Source: Seison nebaliae
Lineage: Eukaryota
Reading direction: 5' to 3'
Length of the DNA stretch: 42,076 nt
Assembly (NCBI GenBank): GCA_023231475.1
Contig: JALJEE010002357.1
Span: forward strand, 1-42,076
The first letter of the stretch is position 1. The number at the start of each line of letters is the position of its first letter. The translations under genes and the position numbers were made by a program. The notes beneath the pieces are model-generated. The model was given only the letters and a program-made list of their open reading frames with translations. It was not told the origin of the DNA and searched no databases. Positions 23,175-35,585 of this stretch are shown here, piece by piece.

Positions 23175-23702
23175 TCACTCTTCCTTATCATCACAATCAC
23201 CATCGTCAACGATTTCGGTCGTGGAATTCGATTCATCATTTATATCGTTCCACATCAAACCAATACATTTATCACCACAATGATTATAATCAATTCCATT
23301 TTCATTATCTTCTTCATCATCTTCTTCTTCTTCCTCATCTAATTCGTCTTCTTCCTCATCATCCAAATCATCTTCATCGTCTTCATCTTCTTCATGAATA
23401 TCAGGATGATATTCGTCATTACATTGATCATTCGTATCATCTTCTTCGTCATCTTCGTCTTCTTCTTCCTCATTATCGTCAGGTGAAATGTAATCTCCGT
23501 TCAATTCTTCTGGACGTTTTCTCCTCAACTTCATATTAATTTCAGCTTCATCATCCGAATTCTTTTCCAATTCCAAAGTATTCTCATTCACAATCTCATC
23601 GTTATTCGAACGTCTTTGCTTCGATTTTAACGTTGTGCCAACCTCTTTATCTTCAGTTGTCGATGAACGTTTCAGTGTTTGATTCTTTTCTTCGTCGATC
23701 AT
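23175..23702 (-). CDS. Small highly acidic (Asp/Glu-rich) protein of unknown function
   Basis: 175-aa ORF with an in-frame stop just upstream of the ATG, a basic KLRRKRP (NLS-like) motif and long D/E tracts. A GTT…TAG segment at 23820-23764 (- strand) could be a 5'UTR intron. Low-complexity DNA can stay open by chance. Confidence 0.45.
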   Translation of the reverse strand: MIDEEKNQTLKRSSTTEDKEVGTTLKSKQRRSNNDEIVNENTLELEKNSDDEAEINMKLRRKRPEELNGDYISPDDNEEEEDEDDEEDDTNDQCNDEYHPDIHEEDEDDEDDLDDEEEDELDEEEEEDDEEDNENGIDYNHCGDKCIGLMWNDINDESNSTTEIVDDGDCDDKEE

Positions 23703-26700
23703 TTTTCAACGGAATTGGAGATAGACGTTTGGAAGTAGATGTACTGGGAAAAAGTGATAAGTTCTATGAAAGAAAAGTAAATTTCATAAAATTTTCCAAA
23801 ATTTTCATTACAGTTCCAACTAGACACAATTTGTGAGAGATAATAAATTCGATTGGGATAATATCCATGAATTCTGATTTCAATTTCAATATCATTCTTT
23901 TTCATCAATATTTCGATAGAATGGATTAGATGATGAGAAATCGTTTAGACACATATAATGGTTTAGGAAGAGACGAGACGACATTGTCAAGACGAAATGT
24001 ATTTGTGAAAAGAAGTGGAGTGAAGAAGTAGAAGAATGTCTGTCGTGATAAGGAGATTGCAATTCGCGCAAATACTATAAGGAATACGATAAGAATTATA
24101 ATTTCATATTCGTAACCGAATTGCGTCGTATATATTCCTTTACTTCAACAACCTATTCCATCGTATATATCAATAAATTCCTTTCTATATTCCATCATGC
24201 ACATAATATGTATAATATTGTAAATTGGATAAAATATTTATGAGATTATTATTATGACTATTATTATAAAGTTAATCAGTTTATTTTTCCTCAACATTAA
24301 TTGTCACTAAACTGGATAGATGGACGAATCAATATATTCATGTGAATATTTAAGCTTCTATAAATTTACAATCGACCAATTCTGATAAATGGAGGATGAT
24401 ATTCTTATATGGATGAGAGTGCACATTATTATTATACGCATAGACACATGATATGCACAAACTATGCACCAAATGTGCACTAAGTATACGGAAATTATTC
24501 CCTAGTTCATATCATCTACGTCGTATACAAAAAGCAGTATCTACTTTCATATTTGATGAATATGATAAAAAGGAAAAAACTTCCCATAGAATTGATGAGT
24601 TGACCGGAGTGAATTGCTTCCAAAACTTTTGCTGTACAACATACTCACTTCGACATATTGCCTCATCATTTCTCCCTTCCAGTTACTGAAGAGAAAGGAA
24701 AGTTGGGCGATTGTACAATGTAGTCGAGAATTGTGTCTCATATCAAGAAAAGAAACATTTTCGATTTGGTACATCGATTCAAGAAAAGCATTCGGAAAAT
24801 TGAAAGTATATGCTGATTTTTTATTTCTGTATGAGATTCGAGAGACGAACCGATCGGCCGACCAACCGACTCATTCATTCGTCGATCTTCCTCGTCATCT
24901 ATCTGAATGAGAAAAAAAAAGGAAAGAAGGAGAAGAGAATGGAGGAGAGAATTAAGGGAAATATTTATTAAAATCCTTCTTATTGTAGTATGGGGGAATG
25001 TAATGATGTAACATATCTCTCCGAAACGAATAGATTAGAGAGTGAGGACGTCGTATATGGCGAATAGTTTTTGGGGAAATAAAATTGTCGGACGAATTTG
25101 ATGGAAGGACGTATCACATCTTACCAACAAGAGAATTGGTACATTAAAAATGATTAGATTCAAATAACTTTGTATTTCATGCGAAATAATGCAAGAGAAT
25201 GTTGATTTAACACAATTCTCATTATAGCATCATATCTTCTATGTCATTCCTTTCAATAAACTGCATTTACTCTATCTTGTATATATATATATATATATTT
25301 GATTGAGTATGATCATTCGACTGTGCACATATATAGATATATGTATATATAACCGATATATAGATAATTGGGTCGGCATTTATCTACACGAACATTTATG
25401 CGTCAATAACGTAATGCAGAAAATTTATTAATATACATGAAAATCTATCACTTAGAATTAATCGCTTATTCCTATTTACCAATATATATACATTAATACC
25501 ATTCTACTCAATTGCACAGGCAGTCTGAGATGGAAGGAGGGCTAAGATAAATAAATAAGTATATCTCTCATTAATACTGATGTTAGTGTTAAGAAACTGA
25601 AAAAGGATTGGGATGAAATTGAGAAAAGAAAGAAAACCATAGTCTTCTCGCCACTCTCATTCCATTCTATTCCAGTCCAGTTTCACTCTCATTCCCTCCT
25701 CATATTTAGTGAGTTGGAGCAGTAAATGAATTTGGAGCGGGCGATATGTATATTGAACGATGAAGTTAGTTATTGGGAGGGGGAGGGGAGAAAATGGAAT
25801 ATGGGATGAAGAACCTAGACTACCCTCCTCCCACCGAACGAAAAGAGGCGACATAATTATGAAGAATAGAAAATAAATGAAAATATTAAGTGATAAAAAA
25901 GAAGACTGAACCAGTAGTGGAACATGTAGAGGACGATGTTCGAATAATGATCTTTTTCTTTTTTGGTGAAAGAAGAAAGGGGCAGATTTGGTTGGAGGGA
26001 GGTTCTCCATCCGAATATGGCCGGAGAACATATACACCAACAACAACAACATTGCCCGATAATATTAATAAATGTTTAGGCATCAAATTAATGAAATTGG
26101 GAGAGATTTCCTTATTTTTTTTTCTGTGGACAACAATGCAATATGTTCATTCATTCGGTTTATTTTGCTTCTCTTCTTTTATTATTTCACTCGCTGAACG
26201 AACTGTACGGTGTACTACACATATCGTCTGAGCATAGAAACGAAAAAATGAAATGAATATATGAGCGAATGGGAAGAATGAAAACGAGTTTCGTGTACAA
26301 CTGATACGTCGAAGACATAGGAATTGGAAGTAACTGTTATTCATTCTTCAAGTGCAATCATCATTTACCTCTTCCGATTTAGGATGATGATGATGATGGT
26401 GATGATGACGACGATAAATGAAGGAGGATAATTCTAACGGAAACGAAAACAGTCTACGATAAAGTTCGGGAGACAGAGAGCAACATTCGCATGTCGATGC
26501 CACATACGTCTACATGGAAACGATTCGTCCATCGAACTTCGAAGAGAACTTCGCTGCTATTCTCTTTCTTCACTTTTTTTCCATCCGTATTCATTCCTCC
26601 AACAATTATTCACAATGTTCGTGATGATGTTCGAACTGAAGAATTCTAGAAGGAACAGTACATACGAATATTGCCGCCCATCACACATCGATAATAACAC

Positions 26701-27493
26701 AAAAATTGATGGACAACCATCACGATTATTGACAGTGAAAGTTTAAAATAAAACAAACCAAATTTGAATTCATTCGTCAATTAACAATTGAAGAATGATT
26801 AACCATTTAAACTACGATACTTATTCCACTCAATTACATCTTCCAAATTTTCATAGATGCACAATAATAAATAATATTTTCTCTCCAATTCCAATATCTC
26901 CATAGCCATGATACATCCTCTCTATATCATTAAAACAAATTAATTAAACTTTCATAAGATCACCGATTAAAACTTCCATATAGATTGCTCAATATTGAAT
27001 GACAATATTGATTAGTAATATTAATTTATTATTAACTTGAATCCAATAATTCTATTTCTACTATTCTACAACCATTTTTAATGTCAGTTGATATTTAGTT
27101 TAACATGAAATTTGGTGATTGGAACCAAGTCAAAATTGTTGAAATTTTAAAAATAGATAATAAAATAGAATATATAATAAATAATTGTTCTGATTCGTTG
27201 AAGTGGAAGTGAATTTTAGAAAAAAATATAATTTAACTGATCTATTTAATTAACTAATGAATTAACACCAGCTTATCCAATGAATAATTATTGATTTTCT
27301 CATGATGATTTCTGGAGTTTTTCTGATTCTTCTTGGATATTGGAAGCTTATCTCTGTTGATATTTAAAGGAATGCATGAAATAATTGTGAAATGGTGGGA
27401 ATCATTTTGAACTTTAGCTTAATGGAAATTGAATGTAAAGAATTGTATTTGTAAAGGAGATAATTTGAAGAAATTAAACTAACGGAATTGAGA

Positions 27494-30400
27494 ATGAGTA
27501 ATTTGAAGAAGAAGAATTTTCAAAAAATTTATTCAGCCGCTAATAATTTTGAGAAGGAAGTTGAGGATAATGCGAATAAGCGGAATAATTTGAATGGGAA
27601 TGAAGTGAAAAATGCGAACGGTGTTGATAAGTTGGGAGTAATTCGAGAGAATAATCGATTAGATGATTTATATGGATATGAATTATATACGAGAAAGAAG
27701 GAGATATTGGGTTGGTGTATCAATGCGAAAGTTGGAGATGTGATATCGAGTGGCGATCATTCGATACATTCAGCCGTTACATATTATTTTGTTGGAGAGG
27801 AAATGAAGAAGAGATTCCGAATAAATATTTTAATGAATCCATATTTTTTTGTTATTATCGATTCTTCATCCAAATGTCACGAAATGAGACAAATAATTTT
27901 GAAGGAATATTCGACGAATATTTGTGAGAGTTCTATCGTCTCATTAGATGATATGGATGTGAAGAATCATTTGATTGGTAAACAAAGGAAATGTATCAAA
28001 CTCTCCTTCCAAAATGAAGATGATATGGAGATAGTGAAAAAAGATTTGATGAATAAAATTCGTTTAAATCGAAAGAATAAATCCTCTCAAAATTATTGTG
28101 ATGATGATGTGGTAGATTTGGAGGATTTGATATGTAATCAATCCAATCAACTCTACCAATCCAATGACCATTCTCAATTGAATGTTTTAAGTGCGAATTA
28201 TTCGAAGAATTTTTATGTTGATAAAACCATCGATAATCCATGGCGACATATTGTCGATCTTCGAGAATATGATATTCCTCTACAACAACGCGTCTCTACT
28301 AACCAATCGATAAATGTCGGTCAATGGTATATGATTAATGGGAATGGTGGAGATGATGGTGAGGGTGCACCAAAATCAGCTCAATTGAAACATATGAAGG
28401 AATTGGAAGATCGTCGTCCACAACTTATTGTTTGTGCGTTCGATATCGAAACGACGAAAGAACCATTGAAATTTCCTGATGCTAAATTCGATCAGATTAT
28501 GATGATCAGTTATATGATGAATGATGTCGGTTATCTTATAACGAATCGAGAGGTGGTAAGTGAAGATTTAGATGATTTCCATTATCATCCAACTGATGAA
28601 ATGAAAGCTAAATTTATTTTGTTTAATGAAAAGAATGAACCGAATTTATTGAAAAGATTCTTTCAAGAAGTTCGTCAATTTCGTCCTCATATCTTCGTCA
28701 CTTATAACGGAGATAATTTCGATTGGAGATATATTGATGAACGATCGACAATTAATGGAATGTCGATGAAAGATGAAATTGGTTTCATTCAATTTAAACA
28801 AAGAACTTTCTCCTCTTATTTATGTCGTTCTGCTATCCATTTGGATTGTTTATGTTGGGTAAAGAGAGATTCGTATTTACCAGTTGGTAGTCAAGGATTA
28901 AAAGCGGTAGCGAAAGAGAAATTGAAATATAATCCTGAAGAACTCGATCCGGAATTGATGTGTCAAATGGCGATGGAGCAACCGAAAGTTCTCGCTAAAT
29001 ATTCCGTTTCTGATGCACTTGCCACTTATTTCCTTTACATGAAATATGTTCATCCATTCATTTTCGCTCTCTGTACCATACTTCCATTACCAGCTGATGA
29101 TGTTTTAAGACGTGGATCTGGTACATTATGTGAAGCATTATTAATGGTACAAGCTTATCGTGCTAATGTTCTCATTCCCAATAAACAATTAAGTAATGGT
29201 GTATCAGTCAATGACGAGAACGATCAAATACAAGAACAACAACAACAACAATTGACATCGGATATTATTCGTCGGATAAGTGGAAAAGGTGAATTGTTGA
29301 CAAATGATACATATGTGGGAGCGAGTGTTGAAGCATTAGAATCGGGAATATTTCGTTCTGATTTACCAATACAATTTAATCTTGATAAGACATTTCTTCA
29401 ACAAATCATCGACGACTCCACACAAATCATTGAGAACAGTTTAAAAAGACAATTCACTTTGACGAGATATGATGTGGAGAATTTCGATGACATTCTCCAA
29501 AATGTTCAACAACAATTAGAATTGTTAAAAGATAATTGTATTTGTAAAACGAAACCAATCATTCTTCATCTCGACGTATCAGCAATGTATCCGAATATCA
29601 TTCTCACTAATCGTTTACAACCAACCGCCACCGTTAACGAACGATGGTGTGCATCATGTTCATTCAATACGATTGATGCGAAATGTAAACGGACGATGGA
29701 ATGGGAATGGAGAGGAGATAAATTACCACTTCAATTATCTGAATATCATCAATTGATGAGACAAATTCGAATGGAATGTGATTCATCTGGTTGTCCATTC
29801 CATCAGATGAAAAGAGAAGATCGTCAAAAATTGGAAAAGAAACGAATTGACGATTATTGTCGAAGTGTTTATGGTCGATTACATCAGACGATTCATGAGA
29901 CGAAATTTACAACGATATGTCAAAGAGAGAATTCCTTCTATATCGATACCGTTCGCCAATTCCGAGATCGACGTTATGAATTGAAAAAATTAACAAAGAA
30001 ATGGAAAGAAATCTTTAACAATTCTCCATCGGATGAACGACAACAAGCAGCTAATAGAATCATCATTTATGATTCACTTCAATTAGCACATAAATGTATT
30101 CTTAATTCATTTTATGGTTATGTGATGAGACGTGGCTCCCGATGGTATTCGATTGATATGGCAGGAATTGTATGTCGAACTGGCGTTCAAATTATTATGA
30201 AAACGAAAGATATCGTTAATGCAATTGGACGTCCAATCGAATTGGATACTGATGGAATTTGGTGTATGTTACCTGAAACATTTCCATCAGATTTAAATTT
30301 TAAATTATCATCAGGAAAAATTAAAACGGTTAATTTTTCTGGTGCAATTCTCAATGATATGGTCGAACGATTATTTACCAATCATCAATATCATCATCAA

Positions 30401-33400
30401 ATCAATTCGACCAATTTAAAATATGAAATTCGTTCAGAGAATTCGATCGTCTTCGAAGTTGATGGACCATATCGAGCGATGATGTTACCAGCAGCGACGG
30501 AAGAAGGGAAGAGTTTGAAGAAGAGATATGCCGTTTTCAATATGGATGGAACGATTGCCGAATTGAAGGGATTCGAATTGAAACGGAATGGCGAACTTCA
30601 ATTGGTGAAGGATTTCCAATCGAAAGTTTTTCCATCTTTCCTTCACGGAACCACATTGAATGAATGTTATGAGAATGTGGCATTGATTGCAGGAGAATAT
30701 TTGAGAATTATTGAGAATGAAGGAAATCATATAACGGATGAAGAAATATTTCATTATTTAGCGGAGAGACGATCAATGTCGAAATCGTTGGGGGAATATG
30801 GTGAGCAGAAATCGACATCTATCACAACCGCTAAAAGACTCATCGAATTGTTGGGAAATGAGATTGGAAAGGAGAAAGGTCTCTGCTGTCAATTCATCAT
30901 TTCACATTCTCCAATCGATGCCAATACATCGGAACGTGCTATTCCATTAGCTGTTTTCCAAACTGATTTAAAAACGAAATTATTTTTCCTGAAAAAATGG
31001 TTAAAAGATGGTAGTATTGGAATGTATGATGAAGATGATGATAACAATGAGGATAATGATGATGAGAAAGAAATGAGAATAAATGTACGAGATATAATCG
31101 ATTGGTCATATTATCTGGAACGGTTTGGTACTTGTCTACAAAAAATCATCATAATTCCTGCAGCACTTCAAGGTATTGATAATCCTTTACCATCCATCAA
31201 ATATCCAGATTGGTTACAACATCGATTGAATAATCATTTATCGAAAATGTCTCAAAAGAAGATCGATTCATTCTTCCTCAAAACCAAACCATTAAATAAT
31301 CATCAAAACCATCAAATAACAACAACAACAACAACAACGACAATAATGGAAATTGAAGAGAATGTGAAATGGAAGAAATTAGATTTGACGAATGAGAAAC
31401 AATTGTCGACGAAAATTCATCGGAAGAAATTAATGAATTTTTTCAAAAAAATCATTTTAGATGAGAAATTGAATTTTGTTGAATTGATCGACAATATCGA
31501 GAATTATCAATGGAAGAATTTCAATGAGATAATGAGCAATTTCAAACAATTTATACTCTTCCAACAATTCAAATGGTATTATCAATTTGTTCAACGTAAT
31601 TTGACGAAACGAGGATTGACATCATCTAACATCATTTCTCAGAAATGTTCGTTACGAAACGAGAATATTTTCGGTGGGAAGAAAACTTTCACCGACAATC
31701 AATCCAAACGATTGATGATAGAAAATGAATGGAAAATATTAGCAATTTATCCAGCGCCTGATTTATGTGAGGGAACATTTCGTGTTTGGGTCATTAATTC
31801 GATGAGTGATGGAATAAAATCATTAAAAATTCGAGTTCCTCGAATCTTTTACGTGAACGAGAGAATTGAAAGAGAGAAAGCTAATTCAGCAATTTATCGT
31901 CGATTGGATGGTGTTCATTTGCCGAATGGTCGATCGACATATTATTTGTATAAATATATGTTGCCCGAAACGACTTTCAACAATCATCGTGATACAATTT
32001 TGAGAGAGTTGGAAACTGACACGAATATCGAAGGAATTTATGAATTAAATTTCCCTTTACTCTTCCGATTATTGTTGCAATTGGGAAATCATTGTCATTT
32101 GAAGGATTGTGATGAGAAGAATAGTGGGGAACATGTTGCCAATTTGGAGGATGAGACTGCCGATTATCTCGATGGTTTCCGTCGTTTAGCTGATCAATCG
32201 ATTGAGAAATATGAGAAATTAAAAGGACCAGGAGAACATTTATATGATTTACATCAATTACAAACGGATAATGATCTACCCAAATTCGATGATATCGTAT
32301 TGAAGAAAAGGATGAGGGGACAAATAAAAAAGACATATTTGAAAATGGAAGAAATATCTTACAATTATTTGGGAATTCACATCCATCGAACCATCTCACC
32401 AGAACTCATGAAAACTGACAGGAATTGTCGAATGTTAACGACATTCATTCAAACATCGAATGAATCGGATGAAAAATTTAGTTGTCAGATAAATGTTGAA
32501 GATGTGACGGGGAATATTCAAATTTCAAATGCGCAACAAATCGTCAAGAATATTAGAGATGATATCGAATTAGTTACGATGAATTCTTTTAAGAAAATTG
32601 AAAATTTATTCAAAAATTTCATGGATTTGTTTGAAGAGAATGAATGTCAAAAGAAATTGACAATTATTCATTTCGTTGACGAATATAGTTATTGTTGGTT
32701 CATTGATCATTTATATTTGATGAAGAGTCAATTCTCTAAATTCATCTGGCGACGTGTTCCATTTGTACCGTTAGTGAAAGTGGCGAATAATGTTAATTTG
32801 AATGATATCAATTCATTGACATGGCAGAAAGATGTATTGACGTTATTAATCACCGATTTCCATCAACATCATCAAACGACAATTAAAAGTTTATTCGATT
32901 GTGCATCTTATCTCCATTTACCATTGAATTGGTGTCCAGGATTCCATTGTAAACGGTTTCTGAAAGGTTCGACAGATTTGTATGGAAATCCGATACAATT
33001 TGATGAATATTTCCGTTTGTGTGAGAAGATGAATGATGAAGCATTATTTTCTATCGATATTGATTTTGCACGTTATTTACATGCCGGTCGATTCGCCATC
33101 AATACTAATTTTAATGGAATTAATAATCATTTGAATTCAACTCACAATATTCTCTCCTCCTCGTCGTCATTAACGAGTATTCCTAAATCATATAATTCTT
33201 CCGGTTTTTATCATATGACAACGATATATTATGATTTGGAATCATTATATATTTCCACTTTACTTCACATCAATCGAGTTTATGAATTGGAGAAATGTAA
33301 CGAGACGAATACATTCGACATCGACAATGGAACGACGATCGATAATTCAATAAAAATTAATAAATCCAAAAATAAGAATTTGATGAATATGGAAAAGAAG

Positions 33401-35341
33401 AATAATGAGAATGGAAATGATTTGATGATAATGGAATTGATGAAGAAAGAAAGATTAATGATACGTGAAGATTCGCATGAAACGAATCAGAAATGTTTAT
33501 TGAAATTATTGAAATGTCTTCGAGTTCCTATGGAGAAATGGGTGGAAAATTGTGTTAAATTTAACAATTCTTTATCTGATAAACAATTGATGAATTTTGA
33601 ACGATGGTTAAAATCACCTTTCTCTATCATTCATGATCATCGTGTTCGAAATATCTTATTATCAAGTGGACGAGTTTTATTGAAACATTTCATCAAACAA
33701 CTCCATTCGTTAGGTGCCAATATCGTCTTTGCCAATAATCATCAATTGATACTCGATACAGGAAAATGGGATATGAGAACGGCATTCGCTCATGCCGAAT
33801 CATTGATTCGAATGACAATCGATTCATATGAAGCATTTCAAGCACTTCATCTTTATCCGACGTCATTCGGTCGATGTACTTTATGGTTAAATGAGAAGAA
33901 TTTCATTACAAATCAAATTGAATTGAAAGAATCGATAATCGATGATCAATATTTCAACATTTTCCAGAATGAACAATTTATGGAATTGTTATCAGCGAAA
34001 TATATAGATTTGAATGAGAAAGAGAATAAACAATCGATCGAAGAGAAATTAATGAATCTCACCAAAATTCATATCGATTCTCACTGGTCTTTAGCGAAAT
34101 GTCTCGACATCGATCGAACTCAACATAATTCACATATTCTCTCAGAGAACTTTCGAAATATCCTCTCCGATTACGTTCATTCAATCTATACCAAATTGAC
34201 GAAATCGATCGAATGTTCCGGAAATATTTGTGATACGATTTCCGTTGAAAATCAAATAACTTCCACACCAGCCAAAACCAGTTCACCCAAACAAGATGGT
34301 GATTCATTAGTTTGTCGATTATTTCAAACACCTGCCACCATTCATGATGAGAAGAAGAAGAAGAAGAAGGAGGAGAAGAAAAAGAAACGTCGTTTCTCAT
34401 CAACTCAAGATGAAAAAATGACGAATGTTAATGATGTAGAAGAAGAAGAAGAACCACCGAATAAAATGAATAAATTAGAAGAATTGAGATATACATTGAC
34501 AGGTCGAGCGAAGAAATTATCAATTTATCGATTCATGTCCAATGATTTCATACAATATTCTCGAGATTATGTTTCCAATTACATTTCATCCATTTCTTGC
34601 AAACTCATATTAACTTGTCTCGAACATAAAATGAAAGAATCGACTCATTCTACTCATCAAACAATTCCTGGTTATATTCCACAATTAGTTGTGGAATTGC
34701 AAAAGATTGATTGTCCATCAATTTTCGAAGAATCTCATCAAACATTCAATCCGATGGCATCAATGACGATGGAAGGACGAGTTTGTCGTTTCATCAAATT
34801 ATTGTGTCATCTTTTATTTTTGAATGATGTGACGGAGAATGAATGTCGTTCACTTTATACGGCTTTGTTACGTTTAACTGAAATTAATGATTATTCTCTC
34901 CTTAGTGAATGGCGATCACCTTGTTTCTCTTTCATTCTTGAGCAAATCTCTTGTACTTATTGTTTCCATTGTTGCGATGTCGATCTCTGTCATGCTCAAC
35001 AAATCAACCATCACAACGATGATTATTGTTGGCGATGTTTCCAATGTAATCGTCGATTAGACAAACAACTCATCCAACAAATATTGAGGAAGGAATTACA
35101 AACATTCGTCAAACGTTTATTAGATCTCCCCATCAAATGTTCTCAATGTCAACAAACTAAATCATTTATTGCTCCTTCTCAATGTAGTTGTCGAGGCAAA
35201 TACGACAGATATCTTTCCCCGCCAATCAAGAAAGAATTTCTCACCTTTTATCACATTCTTAAAAATGTGGCGACGGTGGGTAAATTGCAAATACTCTTAA
35301 TGGAATTGGAACATATGAAAGAAAGAATTCCCATATTCTAA
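27494..35341 (+). CDS. POLE: DNA polymerase epsilon catalytic subunit A, single uninterrupted ORF (~2615 aa)
   Basis: First ATG at 27494 (the ORF track starts at a TTG, 27488). Exo motifs FDIETTKEPLKFPD, TYNGDNFDW, WVKRDSYLPVGSQGLK, YSVSDALATY. Pol motifs HLDVSAMYPNIILTNRLQP, QLAHKCILNSFYGY, ELDTDGIWC, LKKRYAVF. CysX (CASC…C) and C-terminal CysA/CysB (CTYC…CFQC; CSQC…CSC). Confidence 0.98.
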   Translation: MSNLKKKNFQKIYSAANNFEKEVEDNANKRNNLNGNEVKNANGVDKLGVIRENNRLDDLYGYELYTRKKEILGWCINAKVGDVISSGDHSIHSAVTYYFVGEEMKKRFRINILMNPYFFVIIDSSSKCHEMRQIILKEYSTNICESSIVSLDDMDVKNHLIGKQRKCIKLSFQNEDDMEIVKKDLMNKIRLNRKNKSSQNYCDDDVVDLEDLICNQSNQLYQSNDHSQLNVLSANYSKNFYVDKTIDNPWRHIVDLREYDIPLQQRVSTNQSINVGQWYMINGNGGDDGEGAPKSAQLKHMKELEDRRPQLIVCAFDIETTKEPLKFPDAKFDQIMMISYMMNDVGYLITNREVVSEDLDDFHYHPTDEMKAKFILFNEKNEPNLLKRFFQEVRQFRPHIFVTYNGDNFDWRYIDERSTINGMSMKDEIGFIQFKQRTFSSYLCRSAIHLDCLCWVKRDSYLPVGSQGLKAVAKEKLKYNPEELDPELMCQMAMEQPKVLAKYSVSDALATYFLYMKYVHPFIFALCTILPLPADDVLRRGSGTLCEALLMVQAYRANVLIPNKQLSNGVSVNDENDQIQEQQQQQLTSDIIRRISGKGELLTNDTYVGASVEALESGIFRSDLPIQFNLDKTFLQQIIDDSTQIIENSLKRQFTLTRYDVENFDDILQNVQQQLELLKDNCICKTKPIILHLDVSAMYPNIILTNRLQPTATVNERWCASCSFNTIDAKCKRTMEWEWRGDKLPLQLSEYHQLMRQIRMECDSSGCPFHQMKREDRQKLEKKRIDDYCRSVYGRLHQTIHETKFTTICQRENSFYIDTVRQFRDRRYELKKLTKKWKEIFNNSPSDERQQAANRIIIYDSLQLAHKCILNSFYGYVMRRGSRWYSIDMAGIVCRTGVQIIMKTKDIVNAIGRPIELDTDGIWCMLPETFPSDLNFKLSSGKIKTVNFSGAILNDMVERLFTNHQYHHQINSTNLKYEIRSENSIVFEVDGPYRAMMLPAATEEGKSLKKRYAVFNMDGTIAELKGFELKRNGELQLVKDFQSKVFPSFLHGTTLNECYENVALIAGEYLRIIENEGNHITDEEIFHYLAERRSMSKSLGEYGEQKSTSITTAKRLIELLGNEIGKEKGLCCQFIISHSPIDANTSERAIPLAVFQTDLKTKLFFLKKWLKDGSIGMYDEDDDNNEDNDDEKEMRINVRDIIDWSYYLERFGTCLQKIIIIPAALQGIDNPLPSIKYPDWLQHRLNNHLSKMSQKKIDSFFLKTKPLNNHQNHQITTTTTTTTIMEIEENVKWKKLDLTNEKQLSTKIHRKKLMNFFKKIILDEKLNFVELIDNIENYQWKNFNEIMSNFKQFILFQQFKWYYQFVQRNLTKRGLTSSNIISQKCSLRNENIFGGKKTFTDNQSKRLMIENEWKILAIYPAPDLCEGTFRVWVINSMSDGIKSLKIRVPRIFYVNERIEREKANSAIYRRLDGVHLPNGRSTYYLYKYMLPETTFNNHRDTILRELETDTNIEGIYELNFPLLFRLLLQLGNHCHLKDCDEKNSGEHVANLEDETADYLDGFRRLADQSIEKYEKLKGPGEHLYDLHQLQTDNDLPKFDDIVLKKRMRGQIKKTYLKMEEISYNYLGIHIHRTISPELMKTDRNCRMLTTFIQTSNESDEKFSCQINVEDVTGNIQISNAQQIVKNIRDDIELVTMNSFKKIENLFKNFMDLFEENECQKKLTIIHFVDEYSYCWFIDHLYLMKSQFSKFIWRRVPFVPLVKVANNVNLNDINSLTWQKDVLTLLITDFHQHHQTTIKSLFDCASYLHLPLNWCPGFHCKRFLKGSTDLYGNPIQFDEYFRLCEKMNDEALFSIDIDFARYLHAGRFAINTNFNGINNHLNSTHNILSSSSSLTSIPKSYNSSGFYHMTTIYYDLESLYISTLLHINRVYELEKCNETNTFDIDNGTTIDNSIKINKSKNKNLMNMEKKNNENGNDLMIMELMKKERLMIREDSHETNQKCLLKLLKCLRVPMEKWVENCVKFNNSLSDKQLMNFERWLKSPFSIIHDHRVRNILLSSGRVLLKHFIKQLHSLGANIVFANNHQLILDTGKWDMRTAFAHAESLIRMTIDSYEAFQALHLYPTSFGRCTLWLNEKNFITNQIELKESIIDDQYFNIFQNEQFMELLSAKYIDLNEKENKQSIEEKLMNLTKIHIDSHWSLAKCLDIDRTQHNSHILSENFRNILSDYVHSIYTKLTKSIECSGNICDTISVENQITSTPAKTSSPKQDGDSLVCRLFQTPATIHDEKKKKKKEEKKKKRRFSSTQDEKMTNVNDVEEEEEPPNKMNKLEELRYTLTGRAKKLSIYRFMSNDFIQYSRDYVSNYISSISCKLILTCLEHKMKESTHSTHQTIPGYIPQLVVELQKIDCPSIFEESHQTFNPMASMTMEGRVCRFIKLLCHLLFLNDVTENECRSLYTALLRLTEINDYSLLSEWRSPCFSFILEQISCTYCFHCCDVDLCHAQQINHHNDDYCWRCFQCNRRLDKQLIQQILRKELQTFVKRLLDLPIKCSQCQQTKSFIAPSQCSCRGKYDRYLSPPIKKEFLTFYHILKNVATVGKLQILLMELEHMKERIPIF

Positions 35342-35585
35342 TCAATTTTTCTCCCGATAAAAAAAAACAGGATTTCTAATTAAGAGTAATCAAGAATTTT
35401 AAATTAAAAACTTTTCATCAAAACATATTTTAATAAAAAATTTTCAGTTTAATATTTTAATAAAAAAAATTTTTTCCATTTATCCAATTTATCTCAAATC
35501 GTCAACAGAAAATGAAGAGAATTAAAAATTTTATTTTCAACAAAAATATTTTGGAAACCAACGAAATAAATAGATGAGATTAATA

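Noticed and set aside
23150..23539. His/Leu-rich plus-strand ORF
   Set aside because: Antisense shadow of the GAT/GAA-rich acidic ORF.
24200..27480. Overlapping short ORFs upstream of POLE
   Set aside because: Mutually overlapping on both strands, with no recognisable domain or splice chain; no tRNA or snRNA pattern recognised by eye.
28700..28740. Possible proofreading-defective POLE (NGDNFDWRY versus human NGDFFDWPF)
   Set aside because: The catalytic Asp, the adjacent Phe and the other exo motifs are conserved. The changes are at neighbouring positions, so there is no basis for a mutator claim.
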